A DNA stretch of 64,000 bases from the human T2T-CHM13v2.0 reference genome, Homo sapiens, in the NCBI RefSeq assembly GCF_009914755.1, contig NC_060925.1. One strand, written 5' to 3'. Made by a program: the position numbers and the translations under genes. This document shows, one piece after another, positions 1 to 14,914 of the stretch. Each line of letters begins with the position of its first letter. The stretch's first letter is position 1. The notes beneath the pieces are model-generated. The model did not search any database and had not been told where the DNA came from. It was given only the letters and a program-made list of their open reading frames with translations.

Positions 1-183
<183 letters not shown>

Positions 184-305
184 ATATATAATAATAAATA
201 TATATATATATTATATATAATCAATATAAATATAATATATAATAAATATATAATATGTATTATACATATAATAAATATATATATTATATATAATAAATAT
301 ATAGA
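184..305. repeat. AT-rich (TA)n low-complexity tract following the Alu tail
   Basis: direct inspection. Confidence 0.9.
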
Positions 306-940
306 TGATATGGTTTAGAGTTAAATACTGACTGCTCTTGGGAACTTTGAGGTATTCTGAGGGATATAAATAACACGAAGAGAATAGCACATTGGCTTGA
401 AGCAGATTAGAGTCTGCTACCTGCGTGAATACTTGCTTTTCATGAACTATGAGGATGCCCTTAGCTTTTGAACCACTTCTACTTGTGTTGAAATTTACCC
501 TTTAATTTTGGGGTTTGACAGGCTCTGCCCTTCTGTTATGCTTGAGTCTGGCTTTTCCTACTCTGACTCACTTTGATTCTTGACCTCTGAATCTTATTCC
601 TATTTTACAATAAACACACATCGCACATACGCCAATTAGTAGAGTGGAAGAGGGAAAAATTGCCAAGGAACTATGTTTAATTTTGTTCCTTTCGCAAACC
701 AGACACCATAACAGAAAAATTTTAGGAACATGTGCATGTTCAGTAGCCTTCAATGCAATTATACTGGTTATTAAAAAGTGTTGGATAATCAATATTTTTT
801 AAAGATTCACTAGTCCCTTCTGATAATTTTAGAACTTTGGGAAGTAATAATACAAATGTATTTTTAGCTGTGTCCTTTAATCTTTTACTGTTTCCTCTAT
901 GTGTGGTGTTTGGTTTGTGTGTGTGTGATAATTATTATAA

Positions 941-1291
<351 letters not shown>

Positions 1292-1639
1292 TGCATGACC
1301 TTTTAACTTGTCTCATACACTCAATATTCTCAAGATATACCTTCCAAAGTGCAAAATTATGGCACTTTGCAGCCCTGACCACTAACTAAGAACTTTGATG
1401 CTTTGGATTTTGGAGACCTCATTTTATCACCTGGGCCTTTTACTTCATGACTTGTCATGCTGCCACATTTTGATGGGATTGAGATCAAGATAATAATTCC
1501 CAACTGGTCAGGAATATTGTGCCCCTTTGTTTTTATATCCAGATGCAATAGAGCCTCTGACACACCACTACTATTGTTCTTAGGATTTGGAACAAAATGC
1601 TTCTTTCTTTGACAAAATAAATGTTTTCTTTAAAGAACT

Positions 1640-3500
1640 CTTGATTGATCCTGGACCATTGTAGAAACTGAAGTCCTATCAATGCAAAAAAAATATGAAA
1701 ACATGAGCTGCTTATCATGAAATAAGTGTTTTCCAATTAACTATCCTGCTTCATCAGCAGGTAGGAATAATAGAATCTATACCTATGTCTTCATGGGAAG
1801 TTCTCTATGGCCAGTTGATTAGTGAGGGAAAAATTGAGCCTGATTTACAGAAGTCACTGTACAACATCACAGCAGCAGCCAAAAGTAGATTGCTTAGGCA
1901 TTATAACCTACGTGAATGCAATTTTAAAAGAAATTCAGCCTATGTAATTGGTTGTCCACGATGTCTAGAAGGAGAGATATTATTGATGTATATGTGGCAG
2001 CTAATAATTTGTCTAGATAATTAGGGACTTGGGGCCAGGCCTGATGGCTCACACCTGTAATCCCAGAACTTTTGGAGGACAAGACAGGTGGATTGTCTGA
2101 GGTCAGGAGTTCGAAACCAGCCTGGCTGACATGGTGAAACTCCGTCTCTACTAAAAATACAAAAATTAGCCAGATGTGGTGGTGTGTGCCTGCAATCCTA
2201 GCTATTTGGGAGGCTGAGGCAGGAGAATCTCTTGAATCCAGTAGGAAGAAGTTGCAGTGAACCAAGATTGCACCACTGCACTCCAGCCTGGGCAACAAAG
2301 CGAAACTCTGTCTCAAAAAAAAAAAAAAAAAAAAGAAAAGAAAAGATAATTAGGGACTCAGAAAGACAAAGACTGAAGGATTGGTGGCAATGAGTTTTGG
2401 GGAAAAAGTATGTAGATGAACCACAGAAAATGAGCCAGAGTGTAAGAATATTTGTGCTTAATACGAATGCTCACCAAACTATCATCAGGAAGGTTATCAA
2501 ATAGATATGAAGGTATGAAACAATCTCTTTCACCAGGCACTACATTGCTTGCTCAGAAGGCTAATAAACAGCAACATTGGTGGTAGCAGTAGAGAATACA
2601 CATAGGTTTAGCAACATGTTGGACTTTACCACTCTCGCTTACAAAAGCCTATTTAGCTGTCAAGACTATTAGGTGTCCAACACACAAGCAACAAAGTCCA
2701 AGGCTAAGCACACAATAACATATCCTGGGTGAATAAACCAGTCACCTTTTGTCAGACTTGTTGATTTTATTGGAGCTCCTCTATGATAAAGGCAACAAGG
2801 AATTTTGTAAATGGAATCTACCTTTATCCTTGAATTACATTTGCTTTACCTGACATCATTTTTCTCTGATCACCACTCTCCACGGGTACATTGAATGCCT
2901 TATATATACTGCCATAATATCCTGTTCTACATCCTTCTATTAAAAGAACTTGTTGTATAACAAATGAGTAGATATTCATTGGACTCACCTGGTCCACCAT
3001 TTATCCTATCACTAACCAAAATTATTATTATTATAGAATGGTGAATATTTTATTAAAGACTCAATCACAGTGCCAGCTGGAGACAATGGCTTATAAGGTT
3101 GTACTCATGCTAGAGGATGTGGTGGTGTATCCTCTGAACTAGTAACTAAGTATAAGCTTGTCTGGTGTCTCCCATATAAAAAATACAACAATCTTTGATA
3201 TTTGTTATGAATGTTGAAGTGACTCCTTTTGTCATTACATCTAATGATCCACTCCAAATACTTATCTCTTGTCTCTGAGATTCTAGGTTTTTGCAGAATT
3301 AGTACCCAAAGGGAGAGTCTTAGCAGTATTCCATTTTACAATCCATCCTTCGTTAGAGGATGAGAGACTTCTATCTAGCCTTTTAGGTTGCCTGAGACCT
3401 TTAAAGAAACAGTCAAAAATTTAAAATTTAAAATGCGGCTACACTGTTGCATGGGGTAGTAAATCTTGACCTTAAAACTGGTATTTGTAAGAAAAACAGA
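1640..3500 (+). mobile_element. Old ERVL-class internal remnant (pol/RNase H-like), interrupted by an Alu
   Basis: Decayed similarity to ERVL pol motifs (WKIGDKEVWG...KIFVSHVNAHQ-like) around 2360-2475; boundaries uncertain. Confidence 0.45.
2033..2343 (+). mobile_element. Alu (AluSx-like) with 15-bp TSD
   Basis: Full dimer; AGATAATTAGGGACT at 2015-2029 and 2344-2358. Confidence 0.92.
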
Positions 3501-3565
3501 AAGAATTCAGGGATCCCCTTTGATGGCTCCTAATTCTATACAGTCCTGTAAATATTCCTGAAGAC

Positions 3566-3733
3566 TAACCAGGCGTGGTGGTGCACACCTGTAATCCCAG
3601 CTACTCCAGAGGCTGAGGAAGAGAATCACTTGAACCTGGGAGGCAGAGGTTGCAATGAGCTGAGATTGTGCCACTTCACTCCAGCCTGGGTGACAGAGCA
3701 AGACTCTGTCTCAAAAAAAAAAAAAAAAAAAAA

Positions 3734-3806
<73 letters not shown>

Positions 3807-3807
3807 A
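3566..3807 (+). mobile_element. Alu right arm with (GAAA)n microsatellite tail
   Basis: Alu right monomer, A-run, then GAAA repeats about 3735-3807. Confidence 0.88.
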
Positions 3808-4066
3808 ATGAAGACTGCCACAACTTGGAAGCAACCAAGATGTCCTTCAATGAGTGACTGCATAAGCAAACTGTGGTATATTCCTACAGTGGAATATTAT
3901 TCAGTGCTAAAAGGAAAAAACTATCAAGCCACAAAAAGATACAGAAAAAACAAAGACATTTTGCTAAGTGAAAGAAGCCAGTCTGAAAAGGGTACATACT
4001 GTGATTTCAACTATACGACATTCTAGAAAAGGCCAAACTATAAAGACAGTAAAAAGATCAGTGGTT

Positions 4067-4827
4067 ATCTTTGCAGACGCCGCCATCGCTGTGAGCCCTG
4101 TACTATCAGCCATGGTCAACTCCGTCATCTTTTTTGACATCACCGTCGACGGCAAGCCCTTGGGCCGCATCTCCATCAAACAGTTTGCAGACAAGATTCC
4201 AAAGACAGCAGAAAACTTTCGTGCTCTGAGCACTGGAGAGAAAGGATTTCGTTATAAGGGTTCCTGCTTTCACAGAATTATTCCAGGGTTTATGTGTCAG
4301 GGTGGTGACTTCACACACCCTAATGGCACCGGTGACAAGTCCATCTATGGGGAGAAATTTGATGATGAGAACCTCATCCGAAAGCATACAGGTTCTGGCA
4401 TCTTGTCCATGGCAAATGCTGGACCCAACACAAATGGTTCCCAGTTTTTCATCTGCACTGCCAAGACTGAGTGGTTGGATGGCAAGCATGTGGCCTTTGG
4501 CAAGGTGAAAGAACGTGTGAATATTGTGGAAGCCATGGAGCACTTTGGGTACAGGAATAGCAAGACCAGCAAGAAGATCACCATTGCTGACTGTGGACAA
4601 TTCTAATGAGTTTGACTTGTGTTTTATTTTCACCACCAGACCCATTCCTTCTGTAGCTCAGGAGAGCACCCCTCCACCACATTTGCTTGCAATATCCTAG
4701 AATCTTTGTGCTCTTGCTGCAGTTCCCTTTGGGTTCCATGTTTTCCTTGTTCCCTTCCATGCCTAGCTGGATTGCAGAGTTAAGTTTATGATTATGAAAT
4801 AAAAACTAAGTAACAACAACAACAACA
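4067..4827 (+). other. Extent of PPIA retrocopy (5'UTR, CDS, 3'UTR, AATAAA, decayed A-tail)
   Basis: PPIA-like UTRs; AATAAA 4798-4803; (AAC)n/A tail; TSD AAAAAGATCAGTGGTT 4051-4066 versus AAAAAGCTCAGTGGTT 4828-4843. Confidence 0.9.
4112..4606 (+). CDS. PPIAL4G: Peptidyl-prolyl cis-trans isomerase A-like 4 (intronless cyclophilin A retrogene), 164 aa
   Basis: Kozak GCCATGG at 4109-4115; intact [13 protein letters not shown]...ADCGQF; CypA active-site residues R55, F60, M61, Q63, A101, N102, Q111, F113, W121, L122, H126 present. Family assignment is firm; paralog G is from recalled diagnostic residues (I6, Q24, H69, P70). Confidence 0.88.
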   Translation: MVNSVIFFDITVDGKPLGRISIKQFADKIPKTAENFRALSTGEKGFRYKGSCFHRIIPGFMCQGGDFTHPNGTGDKSIYGEKFDDENLIRKHTGSGILSMANAGPNTNGSQFFICTAKTEWLDGKHVAFGKVKERVNIVEAMEHFGYRNSKTSKKITIADCGQF

Positions 4828-5739
4828 AAAAAGCTCAGTGGTTGCCAGGAGTTTGGGGATGGGTAGGGAGATAAATAGTTCTGAAACAGGCGATTTTTAG
4901 GGGATTGAAAATACGTTGGTAATAATGTAATGATGGGTACATGACATTATGCGTTTTGCAAAACTCCTAGACCTGTACCACACAAAGAGTGAACCCTAAT
5001 GTAAACTGGGGGTGGGATAAAGGTGACAGTATGTGAGAACTCTGTACTTTCTGCTCGATCTTTCCATAAAGCTAAAACTGCTCAAAAAATAAAGTCTATT
5101 ATTTTGTTAAATGAAAGAAATTAACAATGACCATGGCACGCTCACACAAAAAGATTATCAAGGACATTTCTCTGTCAGGAATGAATATTTGGTCATCTCA
5201 CAAGGCAAAACCCTGACTAGCAGAGGTGTTAGCTGAGGGCACATGGCCATAGATGCCAATAGTGACCTGCTGGCCACTTGCAGAAAGGAGAGCCTTGACA
5301 TCCAAACACATTGTTTCTCTTGTATTGTCCTGTGCATACTTATGTATCTTAACAACTTTCCTTCTTTCCTCTCCATTTATCCCTCTTTTTAAAACAGGGC
5401 TTATTGAGGGTGATTAACTTAATTTTTAAATGATATATGGCAGAATGTCAAGAGAGTATAGTGAAGAACTTCGTAGAGGAATGGACATAACCCAGAATTC
5501 TTAGACTTAGAGTACATGCTGTGATTGAGAATTTTTTATTGTTTCATTGTTCAAGAGATTGTAGGTACATGTTCAATTATTAGAGAAATAGTTGCACTCT
5601 GTTAGAAGGAAGCTTGGGTCTTTCATGTTTACTTTCAAAAGGGAAAGTTTATATTGATATTGAGCAAGTGAAAGCATGAATATTTATTATTTGATGTTTG
5701 TTTCTGTGTTTGAGGAATTCCTCAGCCTCTCAGTTTTGA

Positions 5740-6240
5740 CGAAAACAAGAAACCACCTCCTGCTTTAGAAGCTAAAATGCCAAATGCTTGCTTTCTCAGC
5801 CTCCTTTGCAGCTAGGGTACAAGCATATGACTTAGGTTTTGCCAATCTGTTTGCCAGTGCTGAATTTCGACTTCGGAATTAATAAAAAAAGAAGCAGATT
5901 CAGTTATGCTTTCTCTTGTTTCTGGTGGAGGCCATGTAGCAGCTGCTACAATATCTGTTGCAAAGCGAACAAGTGGGAGTGGTGCTGGTGGCTTTGCAGT
6001 TAGCCTAGGATTGAGCAATTGCTGCAATTGTTGCTGTCTGCATCTTCGGTGTTACTTCTTACTGGTGGTGACAGTGGTTTCCTCCCTGGATGAGTTCTAC
6101 AGCATGGTTTGGGGTACATTTCCTGGCTGCCTAGCTTTGATCTGGCTCTCTAGCCTTCTCAACAGTTCTACAAGTTCCCCACTATTTCTGTGATAAACCT
6201 ATTTATTGTTAATGTCAGCCATAATTGGCTTCTGTGGTTT
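5740..6240 (+). mobile_element. ERVL LTR remnant (LTR33/LTR16-like)
   Basis: CAGCCTCCTTTGCAGCTAGGG...ATGACTTAGGTTTTGCCAATC motif. Confidence 0.5.
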
Positions 6241-6326
6241 ATATTTTTTAAAATTCCAAGATATACCAACGTAACAGATAGCTCAACAAACATATGTCTT
6301 TTTAAATTAAGATATATTCTGTGTCA

Positions 6327-6749
<423 letters not shown>

Positions 6750-7340
6750 CTAAGGTTCTTGAATAAGCAGAAAATAATTTAGGTAAAAACCAAATAATAA
6801 ACTAACATTCTGAAAGGTTTAGGATTTGGAGGCCCAAATGTCTTAGCTAAAAGTGTTCATTCTAACCTCACAGGAAAATTGAAATATGAAAATATACAGA
6901 AAAATCTTAGGCAGTATTTATCAATTTTAAGAAACAACTATTTACAGGTTTTTCAATAGGCATTACATTAAAAATGAAATATATAGTTAATAAATATGAA
7001 AACTGTGGATATAATCAACACATTTATTTTACTTCTTGAAGTGTTAACATGTGCTGTCTCAAATATCAACAGTGTACACGTGAGAAAAAACATTTTACAT
7101 AGATTTTCTGCGACAGAAAACAGCATCTCATTAGACATCCCAAGTTTTTTCATTTGGAACACACACCCATTCCCCAGTATATTAGGGGTAATAATAATTT
7201 AAAGAGTTTAATTACTTTTTACTACTAGAAAACTAATTTTATGTTTGGCACAAATTTCTGAAATGCTATTCCACTGCAAAGAATAATACCTATATATGGC
7301 CAGAATTACTTTTTTTCTATAACATTAAGATAATACTTGT

Positions 7341-7573
<233 letters not shown>

Positions 7574-8562
7574 TCAGGGTTTTTGCCTCAATCCCCATGC
7601 TTCTTCATTTGACCTTCCCTGACTCCCTGATGAATTTTAGTTTGAATTTTTGCTATAGTCCAGAAGTTAATTTAAAAGATCTTAAAATTTCCACCTGCCT
7701 AGATATTACTTATTTGTTACACTTTAGTCCATGATTTCTATTGTCATTTACATTACCCCAAAAATATGACCTGCTGAATTTCTGCTGTCATGAATTGACT
7801 AACATATTTTGGGCCTAAAACCTTTACATTTAGAATCTTTTTGTTTCGTATTGGAAAATATTGTAAGTCCTCCATTTATTGGTCAAAAGCACTGCCTATT
7901 TATTTCCATGCTTAATCAGAGAGACTTTCTAATAGTTATTTAATATTATTTACATTCATTCACTTGTTGACTATAATGAGGTTAGTTGCTATGATATTTT
8001 TAGGTCATTAATATAATAAAAATATGTCAACTTTTCTCTTCCAATGTGTCTTTGGGTTATTAATTTTTAACTCAGGTATCAAGCTTGTAAAATGTTTAAT
8101 GGCTTATAATAATGTCTAACACATAGTATCCACTGAGTTCTGATAACTCCGGTTTATCAAATTCTCTTTTTTTGTACCATTCTCCAAATGCAATGCTATT
8201 TGGTTTTATTTTTATTTTTTAAAAATGTGCTGCCTGTTTTGAGTCTCTAAAAGTGTGAAATGCTCAGCATTTCCCAAATGTATTTGAACATGGAGTGTTA
8301 TATTTACTAAAAAGTTAACAAGCAAGTATTCCCCTAAACACTCTAGCAAATACTACTAGTACAGACAAATTATGATGTAACATTATAGTACATTTTAACT
8401 TATTAGGTTAATTTTGGTTGCAAACAATCAAAATTCAAAATGGCTTGTATAATAAAGAGATTTTGAACAATAGTATAGGCTCAAGATAGTTTAATGCAGA
8501 AGTTTAATAATGACACAAAATAAATGCTTCTTGTCCTCCCTGTTTCTTCACTCTACCTTAAG

Positions 8563-8927
8563 TGATATAGATTGAATGTTTGTATCCCCCCAAAATTTGT
8601 ATGTTTAAATCTAATCCCTAGTGTGATGATATTTGGCAGTGGGTCTTCGGGGGGTGATTAGGTCATGAGGACAGAGCCCTCATGAATGAGATTAGTGCCC
8701 TTATAAAAGAGACCTTAGAGAACTTCCTAGCCCCTTCCACCATGTGAGGACACAGCAAAAAGACAGCTGTCTGTGAACCAGGAAACAAATCCTCATTAGA
8801 CCCTGAATCTGTTGACACCTTGATCTTGGACTTCCTGGCCTCTAGAACTGTAAGAAATAAATTTATGTTGTTCATAAACCATCCAGGCTGTGATATTCTG
8901 GTATAGCGACCTGAAAGGACTAAGACA
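8563..8927 (+). mobile_element. MaLR solo LTR (MLT1A-like)
   Basis: TG...ACTAAGACA termini; GAGCCCTCATGAATGAGATTAGTGCCCTTATAAAAGAGACC motif; TTAAG/TTAGG TSD-like flanks. Confidence 0.85.
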
Positions 8928-11302
8928 TTAGGTCTCAGTTTTATTCTATGGCTTAAAATATCATGTCATGAGTAGACAACTTCCAATCCTAGTACCTCGT
9001 GCTTCCTCTGCTGCATTTGGAAAGAAGGCATTTCCCTCTTCAATCATGGAATGAAAAAGTTGTACTTCATTCTGATTTGATTAGCAGAAGGCACACGTTC
9101 CTTCCATGCACCAATTACAATGACCAAGAATTGGGCATGGGACTCATGTCACTTAAACATTGTGAAGCTGAGAAATTCATTATTTGGTTAGGAGTGTGTG
9201 AGAGCAGGGAACACTGAATGCTTGAGACACCACCACGATGTCCACTACATGTATTTCCATTTCAGTAAACATTTCCATTAAGATAATGCTAGAACAAAAT
9301 CAGAGGAGTAGATCTTGGTGTCCCCAACTTTTGTTGACCTAACAAAGTGAAGTTGCTTCAACTGGACACTTCTGAACCACATTTATGCCTATATGTTCAG
9401 TTCAAATTTATTATAAGCAATTTTCAGGTCCATATGTTTAGGATATTTCATTTGTTTGGTTATGCATTATATGTATACATGTTTTTAACATACATACGTC
9501 TCTACATATATTTTGGAGGCCTTTACACAAAAGTGTTTTCCGTAAAGGGAGAAGAGAAAAGTTGAATGCAGAAGTAGAAAAAAAAATTCATTTGCACTTG
9601 TAGTATTTATAGCTAAATATTTCATATTACAGATGTATTAAAATTTTTATAATTTTAAACACTACTTTAAAACAGGGAGATGGTTTACCTTCAAAAAATT
9701 TGGCTCTCAACTCAAAGTTATCAAAGTATATCCTAGATGTAGTTTGCTTGTCAGGCTTCTACATGAAAATCTAAAATGCTCCTGCATTTCAGAATGAGCC
9801 TAACATATGTAATTGCACTCATCCACTATGTCTACATTGCCAACCAAATACTGACAGAGAGAGCTAGAGTGCCACAGAGAGCTGGCAGTTCCTCTGTTTG
9901 CATTAGTTTCTACTTGCTTCTTCATCTTTCCTCTATGTCTGACACATTTCATGTTACTGTTTTTAAATGTTCCCTTAGCTAAAGAGCTAATGTGCTTATA
10001 TCTGTAAGGGGTCTCATGTGAACCTCTAAATAATTAAAGATTCATTAGCTCCCTGGAGGGCCACCATAATTTCCAAAACAAGTCACAATACCTAAAGATC
10101 TAATTGTACAATTTCCCTCAGAAATAGCCTTGAGAAAGAAGTCACATCACTCAGCAATGAGTATTATAATTACTCACAGCAGTTTTCATGGTACTATATA
10201 ACATCCAATTTACAGAATTAAAGGTAATGTAATTCGAAAGAAAAATAGCTGGTTTTAAGGAATGAAGGGCCATGTCAACTATTGGAAGCATCTTTGAACT
10301 GGAGCCTCTATGTTCGGGTTTCACCAGGTTTATGTTTTTAATTAGTATCCTATTCAGCTTGCTGTAATTTCCATTGAGGTTTTCTAGAACAAGACAAGTC
10401 AGAAATTGATCTTTAATTATAAGCTAAGAGCAAACTGCCAAAGAACTGAGAGAAATTTTGAAGAAACAGGTCTATCAGGACTAACCATTTTAAGATAATA
10501 AAGACTAATCAGACACACACACATATGCACAAAAAGAGGGAGAGAGAGAACAAAAATCCTATGAAATACATTTTAAAAAATTAATTTTTTTAAGAAGAAG
10601 CATTTGATCTGCCAAAGAGAAGAGTTAGCAGTTTGGAGATCTGACATTGCTAATCTCAGGCAAGAAAATAACAAAATAAGACACCAAAGAATTACCTAAA
10701 CTGTGGAAGATGAAGCTTTCAGAGTTCTCACAGAGAAATGGGATACTAAAGTACCAAGTTTAAGAGGTGTAATCTATTAATGTTTAATTTATGTCCCAAA
10801 TACTTAAAAACTATGTTTCATTGTTATACATATTTATTTTATTATAAAGATAATGAATGCAGTAGGGTTAGATTTAAATAATTCATTGGGTTTAAAATGA
10901 GAAATGAAAGTCTGGCTTTTTACAACCTACAGTCTTATCACCAAAGTTAGCTATTGTTAATAACTTCTTGTCCATTCTTGTATGTGTTATGGTTTCTTTC
11001 TTAGAAAGAAGTATGCTATACTAGTATACATGCTATTTATTCATGAACCTTGCACTTATCATGTAATCATATGTCTTAGTGGTCTTTTCATAATAGATGT
11101 CTCTCTTTCCCACGCTGTCAGTGGTGATTGCATGAGGCATTGTACAGACGTACCAATAATTACTTACTCTGTGTCATATTGTTGGTTATTCAGATTGTTT
11201 TCACTTTGCCCTTGCAGACAACACTGCAATGAACATCCTTATGCATATATTATTCCAAATACATCATCGTGATGGCTGTGTGAGAGAAATATACATTGTT
11301 GA

Positions 11303-11762
11303 TTTTATTTTTTTATTTTTTATAATTTCAACTTTTGATTTTAGATACAGTGGGTACATGTGCAGGTTTGTTACATGGGTATGTTGTGTAATGCTGAGGT
11401 TTGCGGCATGATTGATCCGATCACTCAGGTACTAGACATAGTAGTTGTTTTTCAACCTTTACCCCCTCCCTCCTTCTACCCTCGAGTAGTCCCCAGTTTC
11501 TATTGTTCCCATCTTTGTGTCCACGTGTACTCAATGTTTAGCTCCTGCTTATAAGTGAGAATATGTGGTATTTGGTTTTCTATTCCTGTGTTAATTCGCT
11601 TAGCATAATGGCATCGAGTTGCATCCATGTTGCTGTAAAGGACATGATTTTATTCTTTTTTATGGCTGCAAAGTGTTCCATGACATATATGTACCATATT
11701 TTCTTTATCCAATCCACAGTTGATGGGCACCTAGGTTGATTCCATGTCTTAGCGATTGTGAG
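11303..11762 (-). mobile_element. L1 3' end fragment (older L1PA/PB)
   Basis: reverse L1 3'UTR (TACATGTGCAGGTTTGTTACATGGG...). Confidence 0.85.
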
Positions 11763-12114
11763 TTACACTGCTGATTTTAATAGAAACCACTAATTTTTAT
11801 GCCAAAAAAATCATCAATGTGCACATGCTCCAAGGCTGTGTGAGCATAGCCCTTTTTCTTGGGATGTCAGCAACACTGGGTTTTATCAAAATATAATTTT
11901 TGCCAATTTATTAGTTAACAAATGCTAACTCAGTGCTATTTGGATTTGAACTACCACTGGTGCTGAGCAACTTTTTACATATTCACTGGCAATTTATTTA
12001 TCTTTCTCTGTTGTTTATCTTTTTCTGTATAATAATTTTCCCTATCTTCTACTCTTTTAAACATTAAGTTTTCACTGTTTTCTTAATAATTTTTAAGTTT
12101 AAAAAGTGACCTTT

Positions 12115-12444
<330 letters not shown>

Positions 12445-13038
12445 TCAATTCGTTCATCTTTTAACAATGGTAATATATAATGTCTTGCTATTTAGAAAGA
12501 TTTTTAAAAGTATTTTACATAAAGAATTTTTATTCTTTGCCATTAATACTTGCAGGTTTGGAATTTTCAGGACCTCCTCAAAGGCCACCTACAGGAAATG
12601 CTCTTCAAAGACATTTCACTTTTTCCCCACTTGATTGTGGAGCAAAGACTAACACTGGCAATGCTTTGAAGTACTTGAGTCAAATGGGTCTCTCATGTGG
12701 TCATTACTATACTCACTCTCAGGCTCCAATGCAAATTGTTTCCTTACGCCAACTACTCTTGCTTTCCTTTAATAGACCTATTCCTCCTGGGCTGTCTGAA
12801 ACTAACATTTCATTGTAAATAAAGTCCTGCAAATCCTTGGTATCTCAAAGAACCCTCCTTCCATTTAGTTTTAGGAGAACTCTCCTTCTAAAACTCTATT
12901 CTTCTCCCTGGAGTCCAAATCCCCATTCCTTGCAACAAATGAACTCTTGATTTGAGCACTGAAGGGAGATAATTGGAAGTTTGACTTTGTGTTCTAGGTT
13001 TTCCCTGCCAATATATGCAGCGTCTTTAAAACTAATTG

Positions 13039-13140
13039 GGCTGAGGCAGGAGAACTGCTTGAACCCAGGAGGAGGAGGTTGCAGTGAGCCGAAAATGCAC
13101 CATTGAACTCCAGCCTGGGTGATAGAGCAAGGCTCCATCT

Positions 13141-13172
<32 letters not shown>

Positions 13173-13180
13173 AGCAAAAA
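13039..13180 (+). mobile_element. 5'-truncated Alu
   Basis: right arm plus long A-tail; TSD AAACTAATT. Confidence 0.85.
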
Positions 13181-13329
13181 GAAACTAATTAGGTTCAAGA
13201 AGTTTGAATGAATTCAACTTAGACAAGCTCTTAAGCAGACATGTTGGAAGTTCCAGAAAAGACAGTTTGGGAAAATATTTTATTAAAAAAAAAAAAAGAC
13301 TGTCCTCCACTTCCTCACTCTTTCTTCCC

Positions 13330-14330
13330 ACTTATTTTCACTCCACTGGTGCAGTTTGGTGTCAACTCTCCTCACTCTACTGAAACTGCTGCAGCCGAGG
13401 TTACTAGTTATTTAATTAACAAAAGCAATAGATTTTGTTTTTTTAATTGCATTATACTCTACTATTTTGTGACATTTAAACTATTGACAATGTCTTTCTT
13501 GAAAATGTGTCCTTTTTGTTTTTTTCAAAACACGACTTTCTCCTTGATGTCCTCCTTTTTCTCTCATTATTTCACCTTTACATTCTCTGCTGACACCTTT
13601 CACCTTACCAAACCTTAATTAAATGTGTATGCTTCCCAGTCTCCCATTCTTGGCTCTCTTCCCTTCCCTCTTATTGATCATTATTGTATTCTGTGATCTC
13701 ACCAATTCTCTTGGCTTTAACAATAACCAGATGACTCCAGAAAACTATTCAAAATTCCGGACCTATGGAGACTTTGCACCCAGATATGTACCAACAACTC
13801 AACCTCAGTTATCTCTAATATTATCTCATTAAGTGCCCTCTAACTACAGAATGACTCCTCCTTCTGGGTTTCCTCTGCCTGAATGGCACCACCATTCAGT
13901 GGCCCACGACAAATGTGGACCTCATTTGGAACTTCTCCCTTTCCCTCATGTTTCATTTTCTCTTGGCTAAAGAGTTATTAGATTCTTCATTTTTAGCTTT
14001 TCTCTAGCCTATCTTCAATTTTATAGTGGACAGTTATGTATACCCTATATCCCAGGAGAGAAGGGATATCTTCTTCTATGCCCCTACTATGAACTAGCAT
14101 ATCCTTTGAGTCCTTTCTTTGTATGAAGCACTGGGGAAATTTAATCAACTTCATAATCACTTATAATCCTCACAGTAATTTTATGAGATAAGTTCTATTT
14201 ATTATCCCTACCTTAAGGATGAGGAGACTGTGGTTTAAAGAGCTTAAGTAATTTGGGCAAATCATAAAAGAAGCAGTGAAGACAGAATTCAAATCTAAGC
14301 AACCTGAAATCTGAGCCTGAGCACTTTGCC
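13330..14330. mobile_element. Decayed L2 and MIR remnants
   Basis: L2-like CACTCTACTGAAACTGCT / GATGACTCC motifs; MIR core GATGAGGAGACTGTGG about 14220. Confidence 0.5.
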
Positions 14331-14619
14331 TCCCTAATAACTATCTCCCTTTGAGAGTTGTATTACAAAGTTGACAACATTTAGCAACCCTTATTCCCCT
14401 CCCCACCCCTATCTCTCTCCAAGAAATCTGCTGTGAGGTAGAGAATGTGTTGATTTTCTCTGCAGTTTTTAGTGCATAGCATAGGGCTTAGAAAGGAGAA
14501 AATGATGAAAAATATTTATTAAAATAATTGTTTTTCTTTGTTAGTTGTTATAACCATCTAATTGTGAGTGCTTAACAATTACTATAAAGGAGAATGGAAA
14601 TCACAGATCTTTTCACAGA

Positions 14620-14914
14620 TTTTTTTTTTTTTTTTTTTTGAGACAGAGTCCAGCTTGTCACCCAGGCTGGAGTGCAGTGGTGCGATCTCAGCTCACTGCA
14701 ACCTCCACCTCCTGGGTTTAATCACTTGCCTTGGCCTCCTGAGTAGCTGAGATTACAGGCGTGCACCACCATGCCTGGCTAATTTTTGTATTTTTGGTAG
14801 AGATGGGGTTTCACCACATTGGCCAGGCTGGTCTCAAACTCCTGACCTCCAGTGATCCACCCATCTCAGACTCCCAAAGAGCTGGGATTATAGGCTTGAA
14901 CCACCGTGCTGGGC
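14620..14914 (-). mobile_element. Alu (AluS-like)
   Basis: poly-T then reverse Alu. Confidence 0.9.

Larger units (their letters stand above)
3810..5100 (+). mobile_element. Old L1M (L1MB/MC-like) 3' region, split by the PPIA retrocopy
   Basis: L1 3' motifs (GGAAGCAACCAAGATGTCCTTCAAT, AAAAGATCAGTGGTTGCCAGG, GTGAACCCTAATGTAAAC) on both sides of the retrocopy. Confidence 0.75.

Noticed and set aside
3968-4111. 48-aa N-terminal extension of PPIAL4 in the ORF track
   Set aside because: Starts at GTG inside L1 sequence upstream of the TSD; the Kozak ATG homologous to PPIA is at 4112
3964-4645. Antisense and alternative-frame ORFs over PPIAL4
   Set aside because: Shadow frames of a real CDS with no independent support
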